Of a stretch of DNA of 64,000 nucleotides, positions 45,645-55,116 are shown piece after piece; positions within the stretch are counted from its first letter, which is position 1, and the number at the start of each line of letters is the position of its first letter. The notes under the pieces were generated by a model. That model ran no database searches and was not told where the DNA came from. It saw nothing but the letters and a program-made list of their open reading frames with translations. The position numbers and the translations under genes were made by a program. Source of the DNA: Myxococcota bacterium (GTDB taxonomy: Bacteria; Myxococcota_A; Polyangia; Polyangiales; Polyangiaceae); assembly GCA_039027095.1 (NCBI GenBank), contig JBCCLB010000015.1:34331-98330 (forward strand), in the 5' to 3' direction.

Positions 45645-47774
45645 TCAGGGGCTTTCCGCGGCGCGCTCGTCGGGCTCGATGACCTTGTCTTCGATTTCGG
45701 CAACGACGTCGCACGGAACAGTGAGCCGGATCGGGACCTCGGGCCCCGGTTGCGCCTGGACGGCGAAGAACGCCGCGGTGTCGTCGAGGGTTTGCCGCAG
45801 GGCCGCGCACGGCGCCCCGCAGATGCGAACGACGCTGCCTTCCCGATTCCAACCATCGACGGTGTCGACCGTCGCCGCCGTGCACATCGCGTTGCGGTCG
45901 ATGTCGGTGCGGTCGAGGGTGACCGGGTCGAGGTACGAGAGCTCGGTCGTGACCTCTCCGGCGTCGATGTCGTCGAAGATGCCCACGAAGTCCGTCGCAC
46001 CGTTCTCGGCCGCCTCGAGGTCATAGACGCAGCTGCCGAGGTCGTTCAGAACTTGTTGCACCGCCAGCGCCCCTTCGGCCGGGTCGCTCACGCCATCGAA
46101 CACCTCGGTGCCGCCGGCCGTCGCGATGGCGCCGCCCTCGGCCGTGGGATTGCCCGGAGGCGGGGTGGGGCCGGGTTCGAGGACCGCGACGTACGTGAAG
46201 AGCCCTTCGTCGGTCTGCGCGGTCTGGGCGAGGTCGGCCAACGTATCCGTAGCCATCGAACACGTGGCTTCGAATTGCCGGTTGCCGACGACGATGGCCG
46301 CCCGACGATTGAAGGTACCCGTCGAGCTCGTCGCTCCCGACAGCGCCGTGTACGCACCCGCCAGTGCGATCTCCAGGTCGAGGTCGCCGTCGTTCGCATC
46401 GATCCCGCCGGTGGGACTGGCCAGCTCGGCCGCGATCACGGGCTGGACGGCCTCGGCGTCCCCGAAGGCCACGAGCGGTGTCTCGTAGGGGTTGGGGTTC
46501 GCGCTACAGATGTCGTCGGTTTGGTTGCCGGAGAGATAGTCGAAGGCGATGGAGGTCTTGGCCGCCACGGGGTTTCGCAGCGAGAGGTCGAGCGCGAACT
46601 GCAACGAGTCGGGGCTGAAGAACTCCCGCATGCTGTCGGACTTGTCGAGCAGAACGTAGAGCGCGCTGTCGGCCGCCGTCAGGGGCAGGCTCACCGTGCA
46701 GCGTGCCGCCCGCTCGGGGTCGTCGTCCTCGGCGCCCGGGCTGCGGCCCCCCTGCTGGATCTCACGCAGCTCGTCGTCGCAGATCGGTTGAAGCGCGCGC
46801 TTCGCCGGGCACAGCGCGGCCCCGCGAATGCCGATGATCTTCGGGTCGGCACGCTTGATCTGAGAGGTGCAGAGGTTTTCGGCGAGCCGGAAGACCGTCG
46901 GGTCGTCGGCGTCGGCGAGCACGAAGCCCTCTTGGCCGTCGAGGTCGAGAATCTCGGTGTTGAACGACCGGTAGATCACCTCGACGTTGAGCTGGCCGCC
47001 TGCGACCTCGGGCGCGTCGGCGGGGAGGGGAAGCCGGTAGGTACAGTCCCAATCGGCGGAGGTGGGGTCGCCCACCGGCACCGCGGGGAGCGAACCGGGG
47101 AGGGGAAGACACCGCTCCGGGCTGAAGCACGTGTTCGTGTCGCCGAAGACGAGGTCGTCGGCGTAGCGCTCGAGGGTGCCGTTGTCGATGTCGGCGGGCT
47201 CACACACGCCCCCGATGCAGGTCTCGTCTTCGCCACATGCGACGCCGTCGCAGCTCTCGCGAAGCGGCATGGGCAGGTAGAGGATCTCCTCGGGAAGATA
47301 GGGCATACGACGCCGTCGCAGGATGCGGACGTCGCCGTCGCCGGGCGTGAAGTTCTGGGTCAGTGAGCAATCCTCGCTAAACCGCTCGGCGGTGGTTTGG
47401 TCGCCGCGAAAGCCCACGACGTCGATGGTGACCGGCTCGACCGGAACCTCTCCGTTGCGACCCGAGGCGGGCACCACCCCGAGGGTGCTCGGCAACCGCG
47501 CCACACCCTCGACCACATCGTAGCCCTGGCAGAAGATGAACCGCCCCCCGAGGCGGACCGTGATGCCCACCGTTTGGAGGTCGCGGCCGACGTTGATTTG
47601 CGTCGTCATGCCGGCGACGAGCTGGGTGGGGTCGTTGCTGCAGGCCGAGAAGGGGAGCGCCAACAGGCTCAGCAGCAGCCCTCCGGCCACCCCTCGCCGC
47701 AGCCCAGAGCCGGCAAACCCAGAGCCCCCACTTCCAGAGCCCCCAGCCCGCGAAAAAGTCATCTTTGAAGCCAT
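45645..47774 (-). CDS. large lipoprotein with Cys-rich module and VWA-like segment
   Basis: Lipobox LLALPFSACSND, Cys-rich CDGVACGEDETCIGGVCEP, and MIDAS-like YVLLDKSDSM. Last gene of the kinase-PEGA-lipoprotein operon. Confidence 0.8.
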   Translation of the reverse strand: MASKMTFSRAGGSGSGGSGFAGSGLRRGVAGGLLLSLLALPFSACSNDPTQLVAGMTTQINVGRDLQTVGITVRLGGRFIFCQGYDVVEGVARLPSTLGVVPASGRNGEVPVEPVTIDVVGFRGDQTTAERFSEDCSLTQNFTPGDGDVRILRRRRMPYLPEEILYLPMPLRESCDGVACGEDETCIGGVCEPADIDNGTLERYADDLVFGDTNTCFSPERCLPLPGSLPAVPVGDPTSADWDCTYRLPLPADAPEVAGGQLNVEVIYRSFNTEILDLDGQEGFVLADADDPTVFRLAENLCTSQIKRADPKIIGIRGAALCPAKRALQPICDDELREIQQGGRSPGAEDDDPERAARCTVSLPLTAADSALYVLLDKSDSMREFFSPDSLQFALDLSLRNPVAAKTSIAFDYLSGNQTDDICSANPNPYETPLVAFGDAEAVQPVIAAELASPTGGIDANDGDLDLEIALAGAYTALSGATSSTGTFNRRAAIVVGNRQFEATCSMATDTLADLAQTAQTDEGLFTYVAVLEPGPTPPPGNPTAEGGAIATAGGTEVFDGVSDPAEGALAVQQVLNDLGSCVYDLEAAENGATDFVGIFDDIDAGEVTTELSYLDPVTLDRTDIDRNAMCTAATVDTVDGWNREGSVVRICGAPCAALRQTLDDTAAFFAVQAQPGPEVPIRLTVPCDVVAEIEDKVIEPDERAAESP

Positions 47775-47795
47775 CGGATCCGAGGGTAACTCGGA

Positions 47796-48989
47796 TCAGA
47801 ACCGAAACAAGGTGGGCACCTGCCCGGGGTTGAACGTGCCGTCCACGGGCGCCGTCGTTTCCGGGCGGAGCACGAAATAGGCGCCGACGCCGATCCCCGC
47901 CGCGACGAGCACCCCGGTCACCGACCAAAACACGTACGCCGGCGTCGGGTCCTCTTTCAGCGTGACGCGCAATGTGCGTTCCTGCTCCGCGTCGAGGGCA
48001 ACCTCCGTCTGGTAGTCGAGGTAGCCCTCTTTGACGACGCGAAGGATGCGCCCGCCGGTCGCCACCACGCCTTCCCACGCCCCGGTGCCGACCATCTCTT
48101 CGTCGAGGATGATGGTCGCGTCCGGGTGGTCGGTGATCACGCGGAGCTTTCCTTGGCGCTTCGCCTCGGTGAGGGTCAGCGTCACCCGGAGCGGCTGCCC
48201 GAATTGGAGCACGCTCGTCTGGCGGGCGGTGACGAAGCCAGGCGCCCGGGCCTCGATCGTATGCCGACCGATGGCCAGATCGCCGGAGTACGGGGAGGGA
48301 CCCATCTCGGTGCCATCGATGAAGATGATCGCGTCGGCGGGGCCGTTGACCGCGACGGTGACCCGGGTCGTCTTCGTCTCGGGCTCCAGCGACACCTCCA
48401 GCTTGCGCGGCGCCTCGCCCTTGGGAAGTCGAAACTCCCGCCGAACGTCACGAAACCCCGGTTTCCGCACCTCGAGGACGTTTTTGCCCACGTTTGCCGT
48501 CACCGGGGCGAGCAGGGGCGTTTGTCCGAGGTCCAAGCCGTTGAGGGTTACCGTCGCGCCCTCTTGGTCCACCACGAGCTCGAGGGGCGTGACGGTATCG
48601 CGCAACAACCCGAGCAGCTGTTCGGAGCGGGTGATCTCCGAGCGGGGCAATTCGTCTCGGAAGGTCAGTTGTCGCTCCAAGAGCACGATCGCGCGGCTGT
48701 AGTTTGCGAGCTTCCGGTAGCAAACCGAGAGGTTGTAGAGGATGCGCGGGTTCTTGGTGGCTTCATGGACCGCCTGAAACTCGACGAGCGCGGCGTCGAA
48801 GTCGCCGTCGTTGTAGAAATCGACGCCTTCTTTCCAGCGCTTCTTGAGCTCGTCGGTCGGCAGGGTGTCCCGGATTTTCTTCGCGGCCGGCGCGTCGTCA
48901 CCCCGTGGCTGCGCTCGGATACCGACCGAGACGAGACTGAACATGGCGACCAGGACGGCCGTGAGGACGGAGCGGAGCAAGGAATGCAT
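47796..48989 (-). CDS. TPR + PEGA-domain protein with C-terminal TM anchor
   Basis: Signal peptide MHSLLRSVLTAVLVAMFSLVSVGIRA. TPR segment FYNDGDFDAALVEFQAVH...YNLSVCYRKLANYSRAI. PEGA repeats VTLNGLDLGQTPL, IFIDGTEMGPSPY and IILDEEMVGTGAW. TM segment FWSVTGVLVAAGIGVGAYFVL. ATG lies 8 nt after the kinase stop. Confidence 0.85.
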   Translation of the reverse strand: MHSLLRSVLTAVLVAMFSLVSVGIRAQPRGDDAPAAKKIRDTLPTDELKKRWKEGVDFYNDGDFDAALVEFQAVHEATKNPRILYNLSVCYRKLANYSRAIVLLERQLTFRDELPRSEITRSEQLLGLLRDTVTPLELVVDQEGATVTLNGLDLGQTPLLAPVTANVGKNVLEVRKPGFRDVRREFRLPKGEAPRKLEVSLEPETKTTRVTVAVNGPADAIIFIDGTEMGPSPYSGDLAIGRHTIEARAPGFVTARQTSVLQFGQPLRVTLTLTEAKRQGKLRVITDHPDATIILDEEMVGTGAWEGVVATGGRILRVVKEGYLDYQTEVALDAEQERTLRVTLKEDPTPAYVFWSVTGVLVAAGIGVGAYFVLRPETTAPVDGTFNPGQVPTLFRF

Positions 48990-48997
48990 GGTGAGAC

Positions 48998-50644
48998 TTA
49001 CGAGTCGATCCCGCTGTCGGAGCGGTTCTCGAGCGCGGGAGGAGGCGGCCGAGGAGACGGTGAGGGGGGCTGGACGCGGGGACCGGGCGGGCGAGGACCG
49101 GCCGGGGGCAGTGGCGCGTCGCCCCCCGAATCGACGGGCGCCGACGTCGTGGCATCGAGCGCCGGCGTCGCGTCCTCGTCGGAGCTGGTGGGCGCGGTGG
49201 ACGTAGGCGGGTCGTCTCTTCCGCTCCTCTCGACGGCCGGCTCGGCACTCGTGGGGGGGGCTTCGTCGGGCGTCGCGGGCGGTTCCGTCGCGACCGAGGG
49301 TGCCGTCGCTTGCCCGAGGGCCCACGCCGCGGCGGCGGTGGCGGCCACGGCCACGACCGCGATCGCGTAGACCAAGGGGGTCGAGCGTTGGTTCTGCGTC
49401 TCCGCGAGCGTGGCGCGGACGGTGCCCTGAGCGGTGTCGCTGGCGACCCCGCCGCCCCCGCCGGGCGCGACGACGGCGCCGACCGGTAGGGGCCCGCTCG
49501 GCGGGAGGGTGATGGGACCCACGTTGACCGTGTTTTCGCGGAGCGCGTTGGGGTCGCCGTCGGCGGTCGGGTCGGAAACGGCCGGGTCGGAGCCGGGGCC
49601 GTCCATGAGCAACGTGCCCTGCATGCTCACTTGTTCGAGACCACCCCGCGCGTCACGCGCTCCCTCGGCCCCACGGGTACGGCGGGCGGTCGCGGTGAGG
49701 CGGATCCCGCCGTGGGTGGTGCGGAGGAGCTTGGCGGTGACGTAGTCGCTGCGGACGTCGGCGAAGGGTACGAGCGCCTCGGCGAAGGCCTCCGCGGACT
49801 GGTAGCGATCGTCGGGGTCCTTCTCCAGTCCGCGATGCACCGCCTCCCACAGGCCCTCGGGGAGGCCGGCGCGGCGGGCGTCGAGGTCGGGTGGGTCCTC
49901 GACCCCCAACATCACGAAGAGCTCGCTGAGCGTGCCGGACTCGGGCACGAAGGGCGGTTGTCCGCACAAGAGCTCGTAGGTGATGGCGGCCACGCCCCAG
50001 AGGTCGCTGCGAGGGTCGACGTCCTTGGGGCTCCGGGCCTGCTCAGGGGACATGTAGAGCGGCGTGCCGAGCGCAGAGCCCGCTTGGGTCAGCGCGATCC
50101 CCTCGTCGTCGTCGTCCTTTTTCACCTTGCTGATGCCGAAATCGACGATCTTGAGGAAATCCTGATCGCCCTCCTTGCCGATCACGAAGCAGTTCGCTGG
50201 CTTCATGTCCCGGTGCACGATGCCGGCCCGATGGGCGACCTGGAGTCCGCGGAGCATTTGAAGCGCGAAGTGCACGGCGCGACCCACGTCGACGAGCCCG
50301 GCCGCGCCCTCGCGTTGGAGGATGGCGGCGAGGTCGGCGCCCTCGAGAAACTCCATCACGAGATATGGCTGGCCGGAGGGCAGTTTGCTGACGTCGTAGA
50401 CCTTGACGACGTGCTCGCTATCGATCTTCGAGGCGGCCACCCCCTCGTTGAGAAAACGCTCCACCACGTCGGGCTTGTGGAGCACGTCGGGGCTCATGAA
50501 CTTCAGCGCCACCGGGGCCTGGCGGAGCCGGTGGCGCGCGCGGACGACCGCGCCCATGGCGCCGGCCCCGAGGACCTCACGGATCTCGTATTTGTCGTCG
50601 AGTACGTCGCCTGGTGCGGGGTACGGCGGCGTCTCGGCACTCAT
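48998..50644 (-). CDS. Ser/Thr protein kinase with TM segment and Pro/Ser/Thr-rich extracytoplasmic tail
   Basis: Kinase motifs GAGAMGAVVRA, ALKFM, HRDMKPANCF, DFGISK and GTPLYMSPEQ. TM segment VYAIAVVAVAATAAAAWALG. Confidence 0.9.
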   Translation of the reverse strand: MSAETPPYPAPGDVLDDKYEIREVLGAGAMGAVVRARHRLRQAPVALKFMSPDVLHKPDVVERFLNEGVAASKIDSEHVVKVYDVSKLPSGQPYLVMEFLEGADLAAILQREGAAGLVDVGRAVHFALQMLRGLQVAHRAGIVHRDMKPANCFVIGKEGDQDFLKIVDFGISKVKKDDDDEGIALTQAGSALGTPLYMSPEQARSPKDVDPRSDLWGVAAITYELLCGQPPFVPESGTLSELFVMLGVEDPPDLDARRAGLPEGLWEAVHRGLEKDPDDRYQSAEAFAEALVPFADVRSDYVTAKLLRTTHGGIRLTATARRTRGAEGARDARGGLEQVSMQGTLLMDGPGSDPAVSDPTADGDPNALRENTVNVGPITLPPSGPLPVGAVVAPGGGGGVASDTAQGTVRATLAETQNQRSTPLVYAIAVVAVAATAAAAWALGQATAPSVATEPPATPDEAPPTSAEPAVERSGRDDPPTSTAPTSSDEDATPALDATTSAPVDSGGDAPLPPAGPRPPGPRVQPPSPSPRPPPPALENRSDSGIDS

Positions 50645-50748
50645 GGGCCAAAGCTAACCCCGATCGACGTCGGAAAAAAGACGACGGGGGAAACCCGGGG
50701 GCGAGGTGCACATCGACGCCCGGAGCGCGATCCTCTAGCTCCGCGACC

Positions 50749-51468
50749 ATGTCGCTGGTCGCAATCGACCGTGCCCTCGCGGCGGCGGTGGCGCCGCTGC
50801 GGTTCGCCCCTCCGGTCACCCACACCTACCACCCGCTCCAGTACGCATGGGCGCCGCACGAGGCCTATCTGCGTCGCTTCGGGGCGAACCCCAAAGAGGT
50901 CGTGCTCGTCGGGATGAACCCCGGCCCGTGGGGCATGGCCCAAACCGGCATCCCCTTCGGCGAGGTCGGCCACGTTCGCGACTGGATGGGGATCGAGGGC
51001 GTGATCGACGCGCCGGCCCATCCCCACCCCAAGCGGCCGGTCCTCGGATGGGCGTGCGCGCGTTCGGAAGTGAGCGGGGCGCGGCTCTGGGGTTGGGCCC
51101 GAGCGCGCTTCGGGACGCCGGATGCCTTCTTCCGCCGCTTTTTCGTCCTCAACTACTGCCCCCTGTTGTTTCTCGAGGCATCAGGACGCAACCGAACGCC
51201 GGACAAGCTCGCGCGGGCCGAGCGCGAAGCGCTCACCGTGGCCTGCGACCGGGCGCTGGCGGCGGCGGTGGGGTACTTGGCGCCGAAGTTCGTCGTCGGG
51301 GTCGGGGCCTACGCCGCGCGCCAGGTCGCGCGGGTGTGCGCAGACACGGTCGGGAAGGCGGTTTGCGGGCAGGTCTTGCACCCCAGCCCCGCCAGCCCCC
51401 GGGCCAATCGGGGTTGGGCGGCGCAGGCCGAAAAAGAGCTCGCGGGATTGGGGATTCGCCTCGGCTGA
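50749..51468 (+). CDS. SMUG1-type (family 3) uracil-DNA glycosylase
   Basis: GMNPGPWGMAQTGIPFG (motif 1) and HPSPASPRANRGW (motif 2). Confidence 0.8.
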   Translation: MSLVAIDRALAAAVAPLRFAPPVTHTYHPLQYAWAPHEAYLRRFGANPKEVVLVGMNPGPWGMAQTGIPFGEVGHVRDWMGIEGVIDAPAHPHPKRPVLGWACARSEVSGARLWGWARARFGTPDAFFRRFFVLNYCPLLFLEASGRNRTPDKLARAEREALTVACDRALAAAVGYLAPKFVVGVGAYAARQVARVCADTVGKAVCGQVLHPSPASPRANRGWAAQAEKELAGLGIRLG

Positions 51469-51523
51469 GACGCGCGTCGCGGCGGTTCACACCCTCGCCC
51501 GAGACGTGTCAGGCTTCGTCGCC

Positions 51524-52456
51524 ATGACGTCTTCGCAATGGTCGTTCACCCGGGCCGACGGTGGCTCCCTCCACGTGCATCAATGGTCGCCCGAAGGGCC
51601 GCCGCGAGCGGTGGTGCACATCGCCCACGGGATCGGAGAGCACGCCGCCCGCTACGCGCGGTTGGCTACCGCCCTCACCGGGCTTGGGTTGGTCGTGTAC
51701 GCCCACGACCAGCGCGGCCATGGCCACTCGCGGGCCGATGGCGAGCCCTACGGCCACTGGGGCGACGGCGACGGGTTCGAGGATTGCTGCGAGGACGTGA
51801 GGGGTCTGCTCGCCCACCACGCGCAAACCCACCCCGATCTCCCGCGGGTTCTGTTCGGTCATTCCGGCGGGTCGTTGATGGCTCAGGCGTTGCTCGCGCG
51901 CGCCCCTCATCTCTTCGACGTGGTCGCGCTCTCCGGCACGAGCGGGCCGCCGCCCCCCATCGCCGCGGCGGGGCGCGCGGTGGCTGCGGTCGAGATGCGC
52001 CGCCTCGGGCCGCGGGGAGAGAGCCCCATCATCCGCAAGCTCTCGTTCGACGATTTCAATCGTCGCTTTCGCCCCAATCGGACCGAGGCGGATTGGTTGA
52101 GTCGCGATGAGCGCGAGGTCGATGCCTACGTGTCCGACCCGATGTGCGGGGCGCCGGGCACGGTGGCGACGTGGCGCAGCTTGCTCGGGCACCTCCCTCG
52201 GTTGACCCAGGCGCAGGCGCTCGCGAATCTTCCCCGCGACAAGCCGGTGTATCTGTTTTCCGGAACCCACGACCCCGTGGGGGAAATGGGCCGGGGCGTC
52301 ATCGAGCTCGTCGACCGCTATCGGGCGGCGTGGATGACGGACGTCACCTACCGACTCTACGACGGGGGGCGCCACGAGATGCTCCACGAGCTCAATCGCG
52401 ATGAGGTGACCGAAGAGCTGCTCGCGTGGTTGCGGGACCGGCTCGGCCTCGCATGA
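51524..52456 (+). CDS. alpha/beta hydrolase (lysophospholipase / monoacylglycerol lipase family)
   Basis: Contains HIAHGIGEHAARY, nucleophile elbow GHSGGS, and C-terminal DGGRHEMLHE. Confidence 0.85.
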   Translation: MTSSQWSFTRADGGSLHVHQWSPEGPPRAVVHIAHGIGEHAARYARLATALTGLGLVVYAHDQRGHGHSRADGEPYGHWGDGDGFEDCCEDVRGLLAHHAQTHPDLPRVLFGHSGGSLMAQALLARAPHLFDVVALSGTSGPPPPIAAAGRAVAAVEMRRLGPRGESPIIRKLSFDDFNRRFRPNRTEADWLSRDEREVDAYVSDPMCGAPGTVATWRSLLGHLPRLTQAQALANLPRDKPVYLFSGTHDPVGEMGRGVIELVDRYRAAWMTDVTYRLYDGGRHEMLHELNRDEVTEELLAWLRDRLGLA

Positions 52457-53631
52457 GCGGGTCGCCGCCCGAGTCGGGGAGAGAACGGGCGCTGCTCGGG
52501 GTTCACCCGCGCCTGGAGGCTTCGGTCCCCTGGGTGCGACTCGGCGTGTTTCCGACCCCAGTCGCGCCCCTCGACGCGCTCGCCGAGGCGTCGGGGTGGC
52601 CCCGCGGAGGCTTGTGGGAGAAGCGCGACGACCGGTCGAGCCCCCTCTACGGCGGGAACAAGGTGCGCACCCTGGAGGTGTTGTTCGGTGACGCCCTCGC
52701 CGACGAGGCGACCCACGTCTACGCGACCGGTGGGTTCGGGAGCAACCACGGTACGGCCACCGTGCTTCACGCCCCTCGGTGCGGCCTCACGCCGGGGGCG
52801 ATGCTCTTTCCGCAGCCGGCGTCGCAGACCGCCGCCGACAACCTGGAGGTCATGCTCACCCACGGGCACACGGTGAAGATCCTGCCGCACCTCGTGGCTT
52901 TTCCCACGGGCTGGTGGCAGCTCCCGCGCGAGGCGCGCGCCCGAGGGGAGCGCGCGTACGTGATGGAGCCAGGAGGTGCGGTGCCGTTGGGGGCGCTCGG
53001 ATACGTCTCGGCCGGGTGGGAGCTCGCCCACCAGGTGGCGGCCGGCGCGCTGCCGCGACCGCGGGTCGTGGTCGTGCCGGTGGGGTCGAACTGTACCGTG
53101 GCGGGCCTCGTCCTCGGCTTTCGGTACGCGGCCGAAGCGGGGGTCGGGTTCGTCGACGGAGGTGCGCCGGCGCCCCCGTTGGCGTGGGCGGTTCGGGTCA
53201 CGCCCTGGCCCGTCACCACGGCCCGCCGCATCCTTCGGCTCGCTCATCTCACCTCGCGGCTTCTCGCGGCGCGCCTCGGCGACGCCACGCTCGTGCGAAA
53301 CCAGCCCACCCTCGCCCCGGGGCTTAGGGTGGACCCGCGGCACCTCGGTCGGGGGTACGGGCGACCGACGGCCGCGGGCCGGGCCGCCATGCGACGCTGG
53401 CGCGCGACGACGACCCACGCGCTGGAGACCACTTATTCCGGCAAGGCGGCGGCGGCATTTCTCGACATCGCCCGCACCGTCCCGCGGGGCCCCGTCCTCT
53501 TCTGGTCGACCAAGTCGAGCGCGCCCCTACCACCGGCCGACCCCGCGGCGATCCGCGACGCTCCGCCGTCCGTCCGCCGGTGGCTCAGCCGATGCTCTCG
53601 AAGCGAAAGCGGAACGAGCGGGCGAGGGTGA
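52453..53631 (+). CDS. ACC deaminase / D-cysteine desulfhydrase family PLP-dependent enzyme
   Basis: Contains KRDDRSSPLYGGNKVRTLE (PLP lysine motif) and GGFGSNHG. The ATG overlaps the upstream stop (ATGA). The 3' end overlaps the convergent gene by 47 nt. Confidence 0.8.
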   Translation: MSGSPPESGRERALLGVHPRLEASVPWVRLGVFPTPVAPLDALAEASGWPRGGLWEKRDDRSSPLYGGNKVRTLEVLFGDALADEATHVYATGGFGSNHGTATVLHAPRCGLTPGAMLFPQPASQTAADNLEVMLTHGHTVKILPHLVAFPTGWWQLPREARARGERAYVMEPGGAVPLGALGYVSAGWELAHQVAAGALPRPRVVVVPVGSNCTVAGLVLGFRYAAEAGVGFVDGGAPAPPLAWAVRVTPWPVTTARRILRLAHLTSRLLAARLGDATLVRNQPTLAPGLRVDPRHLGRGYGRPTAAGRAAMRRWRATTTHALETTYSGKAAAAFLDIARTVPRGPVLFWSTKSSAPLPPADPAAIRDAPPSVRRWLSRCSRSESGTSGRG

Positions 53632-54652
53632 GTTCGGAGCCCAGCTCCCAGCGGGCGGTCACCAGCTCTCGTCCGCCCATCCACGTGCCGTGGCGCGAGT
53701 CGAGGTCGACGACGAGGAGGTCCGGTTCGAGGGCCGGGCTGAAGGCGAGAAGGCAGTGGTAGCGGGACAACCGACTGTCGCCGATGGTGATGTCATTTTC
53801 TGGGCTTCGACCCACCGACAACGTGTGCGCGGGAGCGACGTGAAAGGTATCGCCGGGACGCAGCGGAGCCGCCCTCACGCCCGCCCGCGCGGCCTTCTCG
53901 ACCATTCCGACGAAGCGAATCGTCGCCGCGCCGGCCAGCGAAAGCGGCACGCTCCCGGGCGCGCTCTTTCGCCATGGCTCCGAGGGGCGCGGTGGTTGCG
54001 TCGAAGGGCGCAGACCGGCGTCGACACTGAAGATGTCGCTGATGTCGGAGGGTTGCGCGCGGGCGAGAAGCCGTCGGCGCCAGCGCGCGTCGAAGCTCCG
54101 GAGGCTCTGGCGGTGGGCGGCATCGTCGACCGCGCCCGGTCGGATCGTACGGACCGTCTCGAGCGCTTCCCGCGGGGAGGCGCCCAGGGCGACGAGACAA
54201 CAACAAGCGACCAGGCCGGAGCGGCCCAGACCATCGCGACAGTGCGTGATGACGACCCGGCCGTCGCGCATGTCGTGGAGCAGAAGCTCGACGAGGCTCT
54301 GCAACGGCTCGATGTCGACGGGCACGCCACCTTCGGGCATCGGGACCCACTCGGTGCGAAGCCCGCGAGACTGGGCGCGGAGCGCGATGTCTCCCACGGC
54401 GAGCCGCGCGAACTCGTCGCGTACGTAACGACCGCGCTCGAGCAGGGTGACGAGCACGTCGGCATGAAAGAAGCCGATGAGGCGGTCGAGATCGCCGTCG
54501 AGATCCCGCCGCCAGGGGCCGTCGTAGGCGTCGAGGTCGGTGCGCCCGGGGGTCGCGCACAAGCCGAGGGCACCGCGGAGACCCAGTGCCTCGTGCGGCA
54601 AGAAGTCCACGTGCAGCGGATGACTCAGCGACGTCTTGTTCGGCTCCCCCAA
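53585..54652 (-). CDS. protein tyrosine/dual-specificity phosphatase - FHA domain fusion protein
   Basis: CX5R active site VVITHCRDGLGRSG. C-terminal FHA segment (LSVGRSPENDITIGDSRLSRYHCLLAF...DLDSRHGTWMGG). No in-frame ATG lies upstream of the phosphatase domain. The start is placed at TTG 54652 (alternative GTG 54610). The track ORF extension to 55012 overlaps 54718..55071. Confidence 0.75.
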   Translation of the reverse strand: MGEPNKTSLSHPLHVDFLPHEALGLRGALGLCATPGRTDLDAYDGPWRRDLDGDLDRLIGFFHADVLVTLLERGRYVRDEFARLAVGDIALRAQSRGLRTEWVPMPEGGVPVDIEPLQSLVELLLHDMRDGRVVITHCRDGLGRSGLVACCCLVALGASPREALETVRTIRPGAVDDAAHRQSLRSFDARWRRRLLARAQPSDISDIFSVDAGLRPSTQPPRPSEPWRKSAPGSVPLSLAGAATIRFVGMVEKAARAGVRAAPLRPGDTFHVAPAHTLSVGRSPENDITIGDSRLSRYHCLLAFSPALEPDLLVVDLDSRHGTWMGGRELVTARWELGSELTLARSFRFRFESIG

Positions 54653-54717
54653 TGCGCTCGCCCCGATATGCTGGTTCCGTTCGTACTGCTCCGGTGGTGA
54701 GGACGATGTGACGCGAC

Positions 54718-55071
54718 TCAGAGGCTGTCGTCGACCGAATCGGTCATTTCGGGAACGAACGTGGTGCGCGGCGCGATGAGCAGCCGTGTCACTTGGGGTC
54801 GCTTCACCACGGGGGGAAGATCGTAGGCGTCGAAGGTGAAGCCGATCAGCGGGTCGTCGTCGAACGCATAGCCCGGGTCTGGAGCCAGAAACACGGTGCG
54901 GTACGGGTAGAAGTAGACGTAGCTGACGTCGTCGGCGCGAACGTTGTCGCCGAGGAGGGCCAACGCCTCGCGAGTGCCCGTCATGCCCAAAGCGAGAACG
55001 AACAGAAACCACGCCGCCGTGCGTGTGGTGACCGCTGGGGGGTGCGTTCGGTTCTCGTTAAACATCTTCAC
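54718..55071 (-). CDS. small membrane-anchored/secreted protein, unknown function
   Basis: 117 aa with N-terminal hydrophobic segment TAAWFLFVLALGMTG. The start is GTG 55071 or ATG 55065. Confidence 0.6.
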   Translation of the reverse strand: MKMFNENRTHPPAVTTRTAAWFLFVLALGMTGTREALALLGDNVRADDVSYVYFYPYRTVFLAPDPGYAFDDDPLIGFTFDAYDLPPVVKRPQVTRLLIAPRTTFVPEMTDSVDDSL

Positions 55072-55116
55072 CGTAGCTGCAATTCTACCCGAAGAGACGG
55101 CGGTCGTGCGCGCCGA

